A DNA stretch of 64,000 nucleotides from TPA_inf: Saccharomyces (lineage: Eukaryota). The stretch spans positions 64,001 through 128,000 of the forward strand of contig BK006944.2 in NCBI GenBank assembly GCA_000146045.2, read 5' to 3'. The notes below the pieces were generated by a model. It did no database searches, had not been told where the DNA came from, and was given only the letters and a program-made list of their open reading frames with translations. Made by a program: the position numbers and the translations under genes. Positions 20,704-32,756 of the stretch are shown here, in pieces (position 1 is the first letter of the stretch; each line of letters begins with the position of its first letter).

Positions 20704-21903
20704 ATGTTTAAGAAATACAAAAATCAAGACTTGGACATGGCATTTTGGTGGAAGAAAAACCCCAAGACCCCTTCCGATTATGCCAGGTTGATCATCGAAC
20801 AACTAAATAAATTCAGCTCACCCTCGCTGACTCAGGATAACAAACGAAAGGTACAAGAAGAGTGCACAAAATATCTAATTGGCACTAAACATTTTATTGT
20901 CGGTGATACGGATCCTCACCCAACTCCGGAAGCCATTGACGAGCTTTATACTGCCATGCATCGTGCCGACGTGTTCTATGAACTGCTACTTCATTTTGTG
21001 GATTTGGAATTCGAAGCAAGGAGAGAATGCATGCTTATATTCTCTATATGCCTTGGATACTCTAAGGATAATAAATTCGTCACAGTAGATTATTTAGTCT
21101 CGCAACCAAAGACCATATCTTTAATGTTGAGGACTGCGGAAGTTGCTCTACAACAAAAGGGTTGCCAAGATATCTTTTTAACGGTAGGGAATATGATTAT
21201 TGAATGTATCAAATACGAACAACTTTGTAGGATTATATTAAAGGACCCTCAACTATGGAAATTCTTTGAGTTTGCGAAACTGGGTAATTTCGAAATCAGT
21301 ACGGAATCTTTACAAATATTAAGTGCCGCATTTACTGCACATCCTAAATTAGTGTCTAAGGAATTCTTCAGTAATGAGATTAATATCATAAGATTCATTA
21401 AATGTATTAACAAGTTAATGGCTCATGGAAGCTACGTAACGAAAAGGCAGAGCACTAAACTGTTGGCCTCATTAATTGTGATAAGATCTAACAACGCGTT
21501 GATGAATATATATATCAACTCCCCAGAAAACTTAAAGCTCATAATGACTTTAATGACTGACAAATCTAAAAACTTACAACTTGAAGCTTTCAACGTATTC
21601 AAGGTGATGGTAGCAAACCCAAGGAAGTCAAAACCTGTTTTTGACATTCTTGTTAAAAACAGAGATAAACTATTGACGTATTTTAAAACTTTCGGTTTAG
21701 ATTCTCAGGATTCTACTTTTCTTGATGAAAGAGAATTCATCGTTCAAGAAATTGATTCCTTGCCGCGTATAATTTCGTCCACAACAGAAGTTTCTAATAA
21801 TAATGCATCCTCAAGTAACGTCGCCAGTATAACTTCTCCATCATCAGTAATGAACAATCAATCATCCATCTTAACACATTCAACTTCACCTGATTCAAGA
21901 TAA
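20704..21903 (+). CDS. HYM1: HYM1, Mo25-family scaffold of the RAM signalling network.
   Basis: A 399-aa ORF. I recognise it as YKL189W, a Mo25-like armadillo/HEAT-type repeat protein. Confidence 0.88.
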   Translation: MFKKYKNQDLDMAFWWKKNPKTPSDYARLIIEQLNKFSSPSLTQDNKRKVQEECTKYLIGTKHFIVGDTDPHPTPEAIDELYTAMHRADVFYELLLHFVDLEFEARRECMLIFSICLGYSKDNKFVTVDYLVSQPKTISLMLRTAEVALQQKGCQDIFLTVGNMIIECIKYEQLCRIILKDPQLWKFFEFAKLGNFEISTESLQILSAAFTAHPKLVSKEFFSNEINIIRFIKCINKLMAHGSYVTKRQSTKLLASLIVIRSNNALMNIYINSPENLKLIMTLMTDKSKNLQLEAFNVFKVMVANPRKSKPVFDILVKNRDKLLTYFKTFGLDSQDSTFLDEREFIVQEIDSLPRIISSTTEVSNNNASSSNVASITSPSSVMNNQSSILTHSTSPDSR

Positions 21904-22224
21904 CTATAAAACTTGGTTCACTTTATAAAAAATGGAAAGTTCTCAGGCAGTGGGTCGTGACATGAATATTCAAAAGTAAAATTATATATAGGAAAGTGTT
22001 TATTTGCATAAAAAGGGAAAAATAGTTCAGACTTTTGTATTTTTACGTATTTATACAAAAAAAGGTTGGTACCGGAGGCTGAGGAAGCCAGTACAGTTGG
22101 ATCCGGTACATGGAATTGAGCAATCAACCGTAAATATGAGCGCTTTCTCAAGATATTAAATTATTATAAAACAATTTATTTATCCAATTTATACATGATT
22201 TGGATCCTCCTTTGGCTATGTATG

Positions 22225-24786
22225 TTACCTCTCCTTTCCTTCTTCCTTTTTTGTTTTAACTTTTTTGTTCAAGCTTTTATTGTTTCTTAGTAAATTTGAT
22301 GATGCTGAACTAGATGGTTGGGAAAATAGTGGTAATCTCTTACTAGTCTCCTGCCCTGTAGGTGATGTGATTCGCTGCCCTTTATTTGCATTAAACAATG
22401 CATTAGATTTGGACGTTTTTGGATCTTCGATCTTTTCAAAAAGATTCAGGTTAGTTTCTGATTTACGAATGATGTTGGATTCTTTAGCAATTGTCAGATC
22501 TTTCAACTTCCGCTCCCAAAGTGGCACCTGTTGATCCAAGATGGCATTTAGTTCAAGAAGTTTTTCTTCATTACATAACCTTTCCTTCGGGTTAAACGGT
22601 CCAAATTGGTATCCGCCTTTACCATCAAATTTTAACAGATAGTTATGAAAATGCCATAAACTTGTCCTGTGGCAAACTGATATTAACGAGATACCAAAAT
22701 TTTGCGCATTTTCGTACATCCTTTGTTCCATTTCTGGGGCTACTGCAGATGTACATTCGTCGAGCACAGCAAACTTGGGTTTATGATAGTACATCCTTGC
22801 CATAGCTAACCTTTGTTGGACACCAATTGTTAATTCTTCGGACCAATTTCTTACTATACTGAATGCATCACGAACTTTAATGGCGCATGGTGACTGATTG
22901 TCTTCCGTCGACAACTGCTGTGAATCATTTTTGGAAGTCCTTTGCGCCAGCAGAAGTGACATATTTTCAGTGACTAAATCCTCCAAATCTAATAATTGCA
23001 GAATTTTTATTAAATCTGCATCGCCTAGATCATAATCATTGTGATATCTTTCTTTGAATTGTTCAATACTGTCTGGATAAATAATCTGTTCCCTGAATGT
23101 CGACCTATTGCCCATATACGGCCTTTGGGGTAAATAAAATATTGCGCAATCTCTATCCACAGTTCTACGCGGCATTATTAACTTGGATTGATGATTTTTA
23201 TTGGGAGTCGCCCTTATCGGCCAAAGCCCGCCTAGAATACGAAATAATGAAGATTTACCGCAACCGTTGGGCCCAATAATTAGTAGATGATTTCCATGCT
23301 TCAGATCAAAACTTAGCTCCGGTACTAGAACTTGATTGGCAGGTGTTATTAAAGGAATATTTTCAAACTTTATCCTTGAATCATCATATTCCACTATACA
23401 CCTTTCATCTCTTGGTTCTTTTTCGTCATCACCTTTATTAGCATCCAACAAATCATTGAACTTGTTCAATCTCAATCTGATACCGCGTAATTGTTGTATA
23501 TTTCTCTTCAGTTCCACAAATCTTCCGATAGAGCTAGATGCAGTGACTAATAATCTTCTATTTGTGATGAAATCAGCCGTCATATCATTCCCGGGTTCCT
23601 TAAGCTGTAAGGTGTCTTCACTAGGTTTGTTTTTGAAAAATATTGGAATCGAGCATAGTACCAAGCCAGCTGCGCCCCAAGTATATTTAATGACAAATGC
23701 AGTAGCAACATCATAAATAGCTCTTGCCTTTATTTCTCTGTTTAAAAATAGCACCAAACGGTAAAATGAATAATCAACGTTTTCTAGTTCCCTCTTTTGC
23801 CCTCTTAGCAGTGCAATTTCTTCATTGCTTGAATGTAGATTCGAGTGTAAAGATCTGAACCAACTTTCCAAAGATGCGCTTGCCATAGTTAACCTAGTGA
23901 AATTCGGTTGAATCAATTTTAGTAATGAATTGGAGGCGTAGACAATTAAGCCCAGTGCCAAAGTTCCTTCACCCATAACACTAGTGTTTGAGGTTAATAA
24001 TTTGAATGAACAGAGGATCAAATCCAGCATTGGCTTTAATAGCTGATTCAGTAATAATGACGAGTTCATTGAAAATGTGTAAATATCTTTTGTCAAATTA
24101 TCCTGAATTTCTGAAACAGATTCAGCAGAAGCTACGGAATAGAAAGTATGGTGATTAGATAGATACTTTGAGAGTAGAAAGTCTGAAACTTTCCTATTAA
24201 TAGTGACAGCACAAAGTTTTGTCGTGTAACTGATCAGTGAATTAATAAAACTGGCGGGAATTCCAAGGATCATCCATTTCCCCAACAATATCTTTGTGAA
24301 GTTTGCGTATTGAGCTCTTACTAGTGTGGACACTAATTGACCATCTAAAGTAGCCACACGAAGAGACAGCAATGTTCTGATGTTCAGAAGAATAGCCTGT
24401 GTAATAAATAAAATGAGGCACTTCTTATCATGAAGCAAAAGTTTGAACAAAAAATCTACCTTTCCTTTTCGCTCTCCCCCCTTATGATTAGTCTTGCTTT
24501 CTTTATCAATTATTATTGCACCATCTTCTGAATCTGTGCTATGTTTGGAGACTATCGTTAACTCTTCTTTGCTACTTTCATCTTCCTCTCTATCTACTGC
24601 GGTTTCTTTTCCCTCTTCAATTTTCTTATTTTCTAAAACCGTTGACTCAGAATCCTTCTTATCAGTTTTGTTGTTACTAGAACTGGAATTTGAATTGTAA
24701 AGCGTGGCTAGCAACAATATTATGTATGAAGAACGCAGTAAATTTACTCTATGCTTCTGATAAAATGCAGAAGCTGTTGAGATCAT
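22225..24786 (-). CDS. PXA2: PXA2, peroxisomal ABC half-transporter for long-chain acyl-CoA (ALDP homolog).
   Basis: An 853-aa ORF with an N-terminal TM domain. The translation shows Walker [10 protein letters not shown], an ABC signature [13 protein letters not shown], and Walker [12 protein letters not shown]. Confidence 0.92.
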
Positions 24787-25283
24787 TATAAAATCTTTCT
24801 TCGGTAACTTTTAATTGTATTATTATCCCTTTTGAGTCTTTTCCATATTCAAGACGAACAAAATACAGATAACAATGTTGAAGACGTTTGTTTTGTACCG
24901 GATTGAGGACAAGATGATACTTAAATATAATATTATCTTTGATCGAGCAAAGCCATCAATATCATCATCTAACATTCACTTTACTCCACATTTCATTGCC
25001 GCCCTTAATCTTTCGGAGGGTGGTAAAAACTTTACGGTGATAGTTGTAATTAACGCCGAAGGAATATACATCAAAGACGAAAGAACATTAATTGCATATA
25101 TTCCAAAAATATGAATAATTACCAAATTATTATTAATTTTTGTTTTGAAATTTAAATAAAGCTATTAAATAAGGATGATGGTGTGGTATGTACTATAATT
25201 CAATATAAGAGATTAAGATAACGCTGTAAATGGTTTGGTACAATTGAAAAAAAGTGATAGAGCATTTACGAAAAAGAAAAAAA

Positions 25284-27536
25284 TTATGCTACCAAATGTG
25301 CATTATTGTTAACAGGTCCATTTGAATCTTTTGGTGTCACGTCGGGGTGACTTAGCTCTGTTCTATTACTCGTACTACCTGTGACATCTGTATTATTGGC
25401 AGAACTACTGTTGTCGATAGCGGTTATTTCATTACGATTCACCTGTTTTTCGAAATCAGCATCATCATCATCACCCAAGTTATGGTCGCCGAAACGGTCT
25501 GCAGAAATGGCAGAACCATCCCCATACGTGTAAATTTCGCCTTTCCTATTCGTCACAGATCCGGACATGTAACGACCACTCCGTCTGTTCCTCCACCACG
25601 TATAAATTATCAATCCTGTGGCGATAAAAGACAACGCAAATGCTGTCCATATCAGCCCTGTATAGGCGGGACCGGCTTTAAACACAACACCATATTTATC
25701 ATCTGCCGTACCGCTCTTTATAATGGCAATCATAACGGATATGATAATGGCTGCCAATACAGTGGCTACACCAACGCAAACGTGTAGAGCTAGGGCAATG
25801 AGCCATAATGGTTGTTTGAACATATATCTGTTAAAGTACAGTAATATAATAAAAATCATGGTAAAGAAGGAAAAGATGATCGCTAAGAGGTTCAAAGCCA
25901 AAACAGACCTCACTGCTGGCACATATTGGTGCTCTCTGTGTAAAAGTTTCCCTTCTAGGTAAAGATCGTTGGCGCTAATATTCAGGGCGTTCAGATATGG
26001 TTGGAAGTCTGATGTGACTAATGCGTCATAAATAATCGATCTAAAATCCAAGTTTTGTACAGCATGTGGGGAGTTACAATCTAGGATCTTGTTTTCCAGG
26101 TTAGCATGGCATAGCGTGAAAATGGATAAGCGATAGTAAATCGGAATTTTCAGATACTCTAGTATATTCGGCGTCATGGCGTTCAATTCTTCTGCGGAAA
26201 TCGGTTGGACGGATTTGGCATCCGCTAATATATCTAAAATGGGCAAGAAGGTCTGAGGGTTTTCTTGAGCCCAGGAAGTCAGCGTCACTAAAGATGAAAA
26301 TGTTGTTTTAGGATCAGTGGATGCCCCTAAAAGACTGAAGAGATATGGAATGTACTGTACGGAGCTTGAATTACCGGATAGGCCCGATTGTAATTCGGAC
26401 AAGATGGACAAAGTTTCGTTGGTGTTACTCGAGGAGCTTATCACATCATCTAATCCAATTAGCTGTTGAGTAGATTGAGTTGTATTTGTCACCGCAGCTA
26501 GAGATTGGACCGAAGTGACAACCATTGTCGAGTTGTCCGAATTTTCCATCAATTGGGTTAAGGCAGCAAACGCCTTTTTTGCAGATGATGACTGAGTGAG
26601 GTTTTGTTCCAGCAAATCAGATAGAGTGCTCAATGTCTGATTTGTAGAGGTGGTCTGGTTTAGCAGCAATTCCACTGCATCAAATGCGGGGGCGCTTGCC
26701 TGCGGCACTAGTGGTTGCAAAGTACTAAACGTGTTATTTAGGGAACCTCCGTTTGAAATTGTGTTTTGTAACTGAGTTAATAGTGTTTGGGCTAAAGAAG
26801 ATGAAATAGTAGTGTTCATCAAGGTCGCCAGAGCCGTCATTGTAGCTGTTTGGTTCGTGGAGAAAGCGAATAGCCTGAATACCGGTAACAATTGCGCCTT
26901 TTCTGACATTGTCAGATTATTCAGAGTTAGCAATGCATCTGTGGAATTCTGTGGGTTATCGGAGTCTTTTAATAAGTCCAGAACCAAAGTAGTTGAGTCA
27001 CTGGAAGAGTTAGAGCTTGCGGAAGACAGCGAAGCAGAAACTAACCTTGAGAGGCCATCTAGTGTTTCAGTTGCGTTGTCTGAATACTTCAGCAGCCCAT
27101 TAATCTCTGTCAACTGCCTCGTGCTAGAAGCAGGATTGCCGCTGATCGCTAAGGGAGCCAATTCGGTCAATGATTCGATGGTTACTGTGGTGTTGTCAGC
27201 ATTAGACAAAAGCGTCAATAGCGGCGTCAGCGCGGGAGTATCAGCAATATTTTTCATGGCGCCAAAAATATCATCCAAGGAGCTGTTCGGAGCCGTCAAA
27301 GCGGACCCTAATATTGTCAAAATAGGGCCTATCTGCGGGATCACCTTGCTTACATTGATGTGTTTGATATCGGCTTCACCGATGTATATATTCGTTAAGG
27401 GTTTGTAGTTGGCGGTGGAGCCAGCAGTGGCTACAATAACCAATATCAGTGTGGTGAACATGAATAAAAGGCACACAGACAATATCGTCCAAATAATTCC
27501 CTTCGACAGGGGGGTACGGTGCTTTTCGATCCTCAT
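25284..27536 (-). CDS. FAT3: FAT3, membrane protein implicated in fatty-acid uptake.
   Basis: A 750-aa ORF. It has an N-terminal signal/TM segment, a long S/T/N/L-rich luminal or extracellular region, and two or three C-terminal TM segments. I recognise it as YKL187C. Confidence 0.85.
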   Translation of the reverse strand: MRIEKHRTPLSKGIIWTILSVCLLFMFTTLILVIVATAGSTANYKPLTNIYIGEADIKHINVSKVIPQIGPILTILGSALTAPNSSLDDIFGAMKNIADTPALTPLLTLLSNADNTTVTIESLTELAPLAISGNPASSTRQLTEINGLLKYSDNATETLDGLSRLVSASLSSASSNSSSDSTTLVLDLLKDSDNPQNSTDALLTLNNLTMSEKAQLLPVFRLFAFSTNQTATMTALATLMNTTISSSLAQTLLTQLQNTISNGGSLNNTFSTLQPLVPQASAPAFDAVELLLNQTTSTNQTLSTLSDLLEQNLTQSSSAKKAFAALTQLMENSDNSTMVVTSVQSLAAVTNTTQSTQQLIGLDDVISSSSNTNETLSILSELQSGLSGNSSSVQYIPYLFSLLGASTDPKTTFSSLVTLTSWAQENPQTFLPILDILADAKSVQPISAEELNAMTPNILEYLKIPIYYRLSIFTLCHANLENKILDCNSPHAVQNLDFRSIIYDALVTSDFQPYLNALNISANDLYLEGKLLHREHQYVPAVRSVLALNLLAIIFSFFTMIFIILLYFNRYMFKQPLWLIALALHVCVGVATVLAAIIISVMIAIIKSGTADDKYGVVFKAGPAYTGLIWTAFALSFIATGLIIYTWWRNRRSGRYMSGSVTNRKGEIYTYGDGSAISADRFGDHNLGDDDDADFEKQVNRNEITAIDNSSSANNTDVTGSTSNRTELSHPDVTPKDSNGPVNNNAHLVA

Positions 27537-28743
27537 GTTTTTGTTGTTTTCTTTGCTTTCCTAACTCTTCGTATGAGGATTTTCGATGGAGCAGGATGAG
27601 GAGAAATAGTACCACATGTATATATCCATTACAAAAAGGTTTATATACAATTACAATAGACCCTTGTTGGGGTTTCTGAAAAAAGAAGTAGTCGATGCCA
27701 TCGGCAATAATACGGAATTACGAGAAACACAATCCCGATCCTTTTTTGGGTAATTACTTCACCGATTCTACCGATTTATCATGCCAAAAAAAATTCACCG
27801 TGGGTTCTAGAAGTGCCCTTTGAGGATTGTAGCCACTCTAACCCACACGGCCTCCTTACTAGCTGACTAAGGTGACAAAACCGCAAGGACTGGAAAGTCG
27901 CCACTCATCTGAAAATTCTCAAGTTTTTCACTACTGAGTTTATGCTTTCGAATTTTTTTGTTCGGTAATAGCACGGCGGTTCGATTCAATTCCGCCGCTC
28001 CGAGCGATGCTCCGCAAAACTCAGTAATAAGCTTTCTGATGGTTCACCCCTTTTTTAGCACGCGGGGTGTAACTCAACAGAAAAATGTGCCATAGAACAA
28101 GACTAGGCAAAAGCCAAGGAGCGTTTGCCATGAACTTCCACAAGTAAAGCTCGTTGACCAGTTGATCAGTTGAGGGGGGTACACACGACTAGCGCTTTCA
28201 GATATTAAAAAGTTTAGATGTAGGTTTTAGCGGTAACAGTTATATAAATCGTGTTTCTTCTCTTGATGAAACAAAAAAATGCTAGAAAAACTTTGTCGTT
28301 TCTTACTTTTGGTGCGCTTTGCAGTTTTCGTGGCTAGACTTAGAATCATTTCTCCTCAGATTTCTTGATTAAAGTTTGGTGCGAAGCCCTACTCTAACAT
28401 TGGTGTTCTTCTTTTCATTCACGCAAGTTAAGTCCAGGAAGGTGAGCAAATGCTCATCCTTCTGTTCATGCGTGACGGCTGAATTATCCTTATCTGGCGT
28501 ACCCGTGCAGCCGTTTCCGTGCCTCGGTTCCTCCGAGATATCCTTAGGGACCGCCAGGGACCATGATTGCGTCAACTGTTGTCACCGCTCCAGAGGATCC
28601 TCTGTAACCTTTTCAACCATAAAAATAGAAAGGGCACAGGGTTGGGGTATTTGAATTTTTTTTTTGGGTTTTTTCGTATTACTTATTACTTACCTTCTTT
28701 TCTATATAATTTTGTTTTTCCCTGGTAGAGCGGAATCTTCCCA

Positions 28744-29298
28744 CTAAATTTTTAGCAGAGAATCCTCGGGTTTGTAAACCATGTTATAGTTAAACCCCGA
28801 TATTACACCATTAAAATCATTTCTAAATATGCGGTCGTCGATGATCAGCTGCAGGGAAATGCCAAAATATGGACCCCATAGAGGTCTTGGCTTGTTCATA
28901 TCGTTGGGTCGATTTCTGTTCCCAGTGTTATTTGGTTGAATGGGAACAGTCGCGTCTTGCCCCATCTTGTCTCTGCCGCTTTCGTCGAATCTGACTTTGC
29001 AATTGACGTTGCATATCAACGTGCCGGATCCCGGAATAGCGTGATAGTCTACTCCTGTTAGGGCATGTTGTGTTTGTACGACCTGGTTTTGCCACATTTG
29101 CAGAAAAACTGTTGCTTGCGCGAAGGGGGTAGCATTAAATATTATTCTGCAGTTGTTTGGATTAAAAAGCTGTACGAATTGGGCCAATTTGTTGGAGTCC
29201 GGATCATCCAAATGCGCTAATATCTTCTTCGTAAATGTGGCCGTTATTTGTGCTTGATTTGCGTCATTCATTACCATAGTATTACTATTGGTGTTCAT
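28744..29298 (-). CDS. MTR2: MTR2, mRNA export factor and partner of Mex67.
   Basis: A 184-aa ORF MNTNSNTMVMNDANQAQITATFTKKILAHLDDPDSNKLAQFVQLF... with an NTF2-like fold. I recognise it as YKL186C. Confidence 0.88.
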   Translation of the reverse strand: MNTNSNTMVMNDANQAQITATFTKKILAHLDDPDSNKLAQFVQLFNPNNCRIIFNATPFAQATVFLQMWQNQVVQTQHALTGVDYHAIPGSGTLICNVNCKVRFDESGRDKMGQDATVPIQPNNTGNRNRPNDMNKPRPLWGPYFGISLQLIIDDRIFRNDFNGVISGFNYNMVYKPEDSLLKI

Positions 29299-29366
29299 AT
29301 TTCTGTTATTACTGTTATTAGTTTGGCGTTTTGCCTGACGATCAGCCTGGTGGGGCCAAGTATATA

Positions 29367-29515
29367 CTATAAAAACAGGTTAGTTACTTGCTCTATGCGT
29401 TTGCGCATCCTCTTTTTACTTTTTTTTTTTCAGTAAAGCCTAAGCATAAATCGTTTTATACGTACGACACGTTCAACTTTTCTTGGTTAGTAGTGGCAAT
29501 CTCTGCAATACATAC
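29367..29515 (-). other. MTR2: Candidate 5'-UTR intron of MTR2. The 5' splice site is at 29515; the 3' splice site is at either 29367 or 29440.
   Basis: On the minus strand GTATGT lies at 29515-29510, TACTAAC at 29492-29486, and UAG at 29442-29440. A second branch-like AACTAAC lies at 29385-29379, followed by UAG ending at 29367. Splicing to 29367 would remove an upstream ATG (GAGGATGCGC) from the leader. I recall that MTR2 carries a 5'-UTR intron, but the exact boundaries are not verified. Confidence 0.35.
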
Positions 29516-30498
29516 AGGGAGTCATGGTCTATCATCTTGTCCAATCAAAGAAGCATCGGTTCAGATCGAGCAAACTGTAGGGAGAAAGGAAAGTAGAAAT
29601 GCAGAGTGTGCTATATGTCCAATCTCGGTTTTGTAGTTTGGATGTCATTAGAGATCTACCACCCAACCGGCTGCTTTCATGTGGAACAGAAAAGAAATCG
29701 GGGCGCTTCCTCTTCTGTATTCCTTTAATTAACGTTTTTATTCAGCCATCTAACCATCATACCCCCATACGGTAACAAAACCTCTTCTAAGAAAAGAAGT
29801 CTCTGCTCCTCCGCCATCTTATTTTTATTCGCTGCGCGCGTTTATTGTCGCATCGCTAGCCAGCAAAAAGTTGGTTGCCTTTTTTTACCTAAAAAAGACA
29901 CATCTAACTGATTAGTTTTCCGTTTTAGGATATTGACGCCAAGCGTGCGTCTGATTTCTACGATATGTCTCTAATTTTGGAAGGGCCATTTTATTTTTGA
30001 GGATTGGGCTGATCATTTTCCTTACGTGGATTGAGCCAGCAATACAGATCATTATTAAACTGTTTTGTACATGATGTTAGTATATAATCGTAAAGCTTTT
30101 CTAATATGTATACCTTATACATGGAACTCCACAGAACTTGCAAACATACCAAAAATCCTTTATTCTTGTTCACTCATTTTACATCAAAAAATAATATTTC
30201 AGTTATTAAGGAAAATAAAAAAATAGATTAGAGAAGCATTTTGAAGAAATAGTATATTCTTTTATTGAACCTAAGAGCGTGATATTTTTACTCGAAATAA
30301 AATACGAAAAATCTATACACTCATCTTTCCGACTACTATTGGCTCCTGCTCAAAAAAAGAGGGAAAAAAAGCTCCAAAATTCTATCTTTTCCTATCGCTC
30401 CTGTCCTATCCTTATTACGTTCATTACTATTTTAATACTATCCATTCTTTTATTTTCAGTCTAAAAAAAACATTTCTCATAACGGGAAAAGCAAAAAA

Positions 30499-32265
30499 AT
30501 GTCAAGCTTATACATCAAAACACCACTGCATGCATTATCTGCTGGTCCGGATTCTCATGCAAATAGCTCCTATTATGACAATCTTTTATTGCCTTCATTT
30601 TCCAATTTATCCAGTAATATCAGCAGGAACAATATCACAACCGATAACAATATAAATTCAGCAAGTCCTAGGAAGTATTCGTTTCATTCGCTCAATGTGT
30701 CGCCAATTCTTTCCCCAATATCTTTGGCTAACGAAATACTTGGAAAAAAATCAAATACTGCACCAGCATCGCCACATCATATGGATTACAATCCAATTTC
30801 CTCATTAACACCAGGCAATTCACCAGAATTCAACAAGGCAAGCTTATCTCAGATTAGTTTTACAAATCCATTGAACTATGGGTCTGGCTTAGGTTTTTCC
30901 TCTAATTCACAACCTCGACTACCATTGTTAGACAGGCTATCGTCCGTCTCTTTATCTAAGAGACCGGAGCGCCCACAACAAAGCCTACCATCACTAAGGC
31001 ATCTGCAATTATTACCCAGTCCTCTTTTACAAGAAAACGCAGCACGCTTCCCTGATACATCAAAACGTACATCTAATTGGAAAACTGATCTTACCCATTG
31101 GTGTAAGGATACAAACTATCAAGACTATGTTAAAATACGCGAAGAAGTGGCTCATTTCAAGCCATTAAGTATACCCAACTTAACTAATAATCAAAATAAT
31201 GATAGTTTCAATTACGGCAAGGAATTGGAATCGACTAGGTCGTCCAAGTTCCATTCCCCGTCTAAGGAATCATTTGATCGTACCAAACTAATTCCTTCGA
31301 TTCTAGAAGCTAAAGATCAATTTAAAGATCTTTCCAACAATGCATGGAGTATTACTCCTCCCGTCACACCGCCGATGAGTCCACCAACCAATAGAACCAT
31401 GGAGCGCACGACGCTTAGAGGAGTAGAGGCCTCTTTTTTTGAGGGGAAATCCAGCAATAACGATTCAATATTCAATCCAATTATTAGTGAAAAATTGGTT
31501 CAAGAAGTTAAACATCAAAGACAATTACGTGGAAATTCATTTCCCATGCCAAATGCCAGTCACAAAAAGACGAACAGTTTCAAAGCTTTGCAAATAAAAA
31601 AATTGCTTGCGAATAGAGACATTCTATCGAACAATTCCAAATCTAATGTAAGGAAACCATCTAAGAACAAAATCTCAAAGCAAGCATCAAATGTTTTCGG
31701 TAACACTGCAAGACAATTGGTGATGAAACTCGACAACGCTAGTTACAGTTCTGTCTCTGCATCTTCATCTCCATCTCCCTCCACACCGACGAAAAGTGGC
31801 AAGATGAGATCAAGATCATCCTCACCTGTGCGTCCCAAGGCATACACTCCAAGCCCAAGGTCACCCAATTATCATAGATTTGCTCTCGACTCTCCCCCTC
31901 AAAGCCCTCGAAGATCATCAAATTCAAGCATAACGAAAAAGGGAAGTAGAAGGTCCAGTGGCTCATCACCCACTCGTCACACCACAAGAGTGTGCGTGTC
32001 GTGTCATTCGAGTGATTCGCCCTGTTGGAGGCCATCGTGGTCGCCAAGAAAGCAAGATCAGCTATGTAACTCTTGTGGTCTTCGATATAAAAAAACACAT
32101 ACAAGATGTTTGAACGATTTATGTCGTAAGATCCCCACAAAGGGTGAAATAAACATTATGAAATCCAATGGAATAGACAAAGAATTCGTCCCCGAACGCA
32201 ACTGCGAAATTGAAGGGTACCGTTGCTTATTTTGTAATTACATAACTGAGACAGTAGAGAATTGA
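30499..32265 (+). CDS. ASH1: ASH1, daughter-cell-specific GATA-type repressor of HO.
   Basis: A 588-aa ORF, rich in S/P/N, with a C-terminal GATA-like zinc finger [34 protein letters not shown]. Confidence 0.92.
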   Translation: MSSLYIKTPLHALSAGPDSHANSSYYDNLLLPSFSNLSSNISRNNITTDNNINSASPRKYSFHSLNVSPILSPISLANEILGKKSNTAPASPHHMDYNPISSLTPGNSPEFNKASLSQISFTNPLNYGSGLGFSSNSQPRLPLLDRLSSVSLSKRPERPQQSLPSLRHLQLLPSPLLQENAARFPDTSKRTSNWKTDLTHWCKDTNYQDYVKIREEVAHFKPLSIPNLTNNQNNDSFNYGKELESTRSSKFHSPSKESFDRTKLIPSILEAKDQFKDLSNNAWSITPPVTPPMSPPTNRTMERTTLRGVEASFFEGKSSNNDSIFNPIISEKLVQEVKHQRQLRGNSFPMPNASHKKTNSFKALQIKKLLANRDILSNNSKSNVRKPSKNKISKQASNVFGNTARQLVMKLDNASYSSVSASSSPSPSTPTKSGKMRSRSSSPVRPKAYTPSPRSPNYHRFALDSPPQSPRRSSNSSITKKGSRRSSGSSPTRHTTRVCVSCHSSDSPCWRPSWSPRKQDQLCNSCGLRYKKTHTRCLNDLCRKIPTKGEINIMKSNGIDKEFVPERNCEIEGYRCLFCNYITETVEN

Positions 32266-32756
32266 TACATGGATAACTGAATCTCTTTCAACTAATAAGA
32301 GACATTATCACGAAACAATTGTACATTTCTCTCCTTGTCTGTGCTAAATAAACTACAAATAAAAATTCATTTTCTTTCATTTTCATTCGACACGCCGCGG
32401 CATCTTCGTTTTCTTCACCGATTAATTTTAATCTGCGCCGTGCAGATATTTTCGCCCATTTCGAAGTGAAATCATTCTAATAACTTCTCCTGCGCAATAG
32501 ATTGGTCATCCTGATTTTTATTCTGAAATCGAAAATGAAAAGCATTTATTGCACTGAAATAGCGGAACCTGCTTCTAATAAGCTTAAAATTCAATCATAA
32601 TAGTGTAGTTAATAGAAAGGACAGAAGAACTTTTCGTTCCTTGGTTTATCATCCAGGTTTCAGCACGGCTTTTGTTTCAAGTTTAAGTAGGTAAGATTTT
32701 TTGATTGTTCTACAACTTTTTCATAGTAATCAAAACCTTTGAATTTCAAACTTACT

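Noticed and set aside
24875-25114. 79-codon ORF in the PXA2-FAT3 spacer.
   Set aside because: It has no motif and an AT-rich context. It is probably promoter DNA for the divergent or convergent neighbours. I could not support it as coding.
27950-28060. Possible tRNA gene.
   Set aside because: The T-arm-like motif has a 5-nt insertion in the loop, and no acceptor, D or anticodon stems can be paired. I keep it as a finding (relic or structured element), not as a tRNA feature.
28369-28654. ORFs 28369..28575(-) and 28376..28654(+) upstream of MTR2.
   Set aside because: They overlap each other on opposite strands inside a promoter region, with no domain signal. They are most likely spurious.
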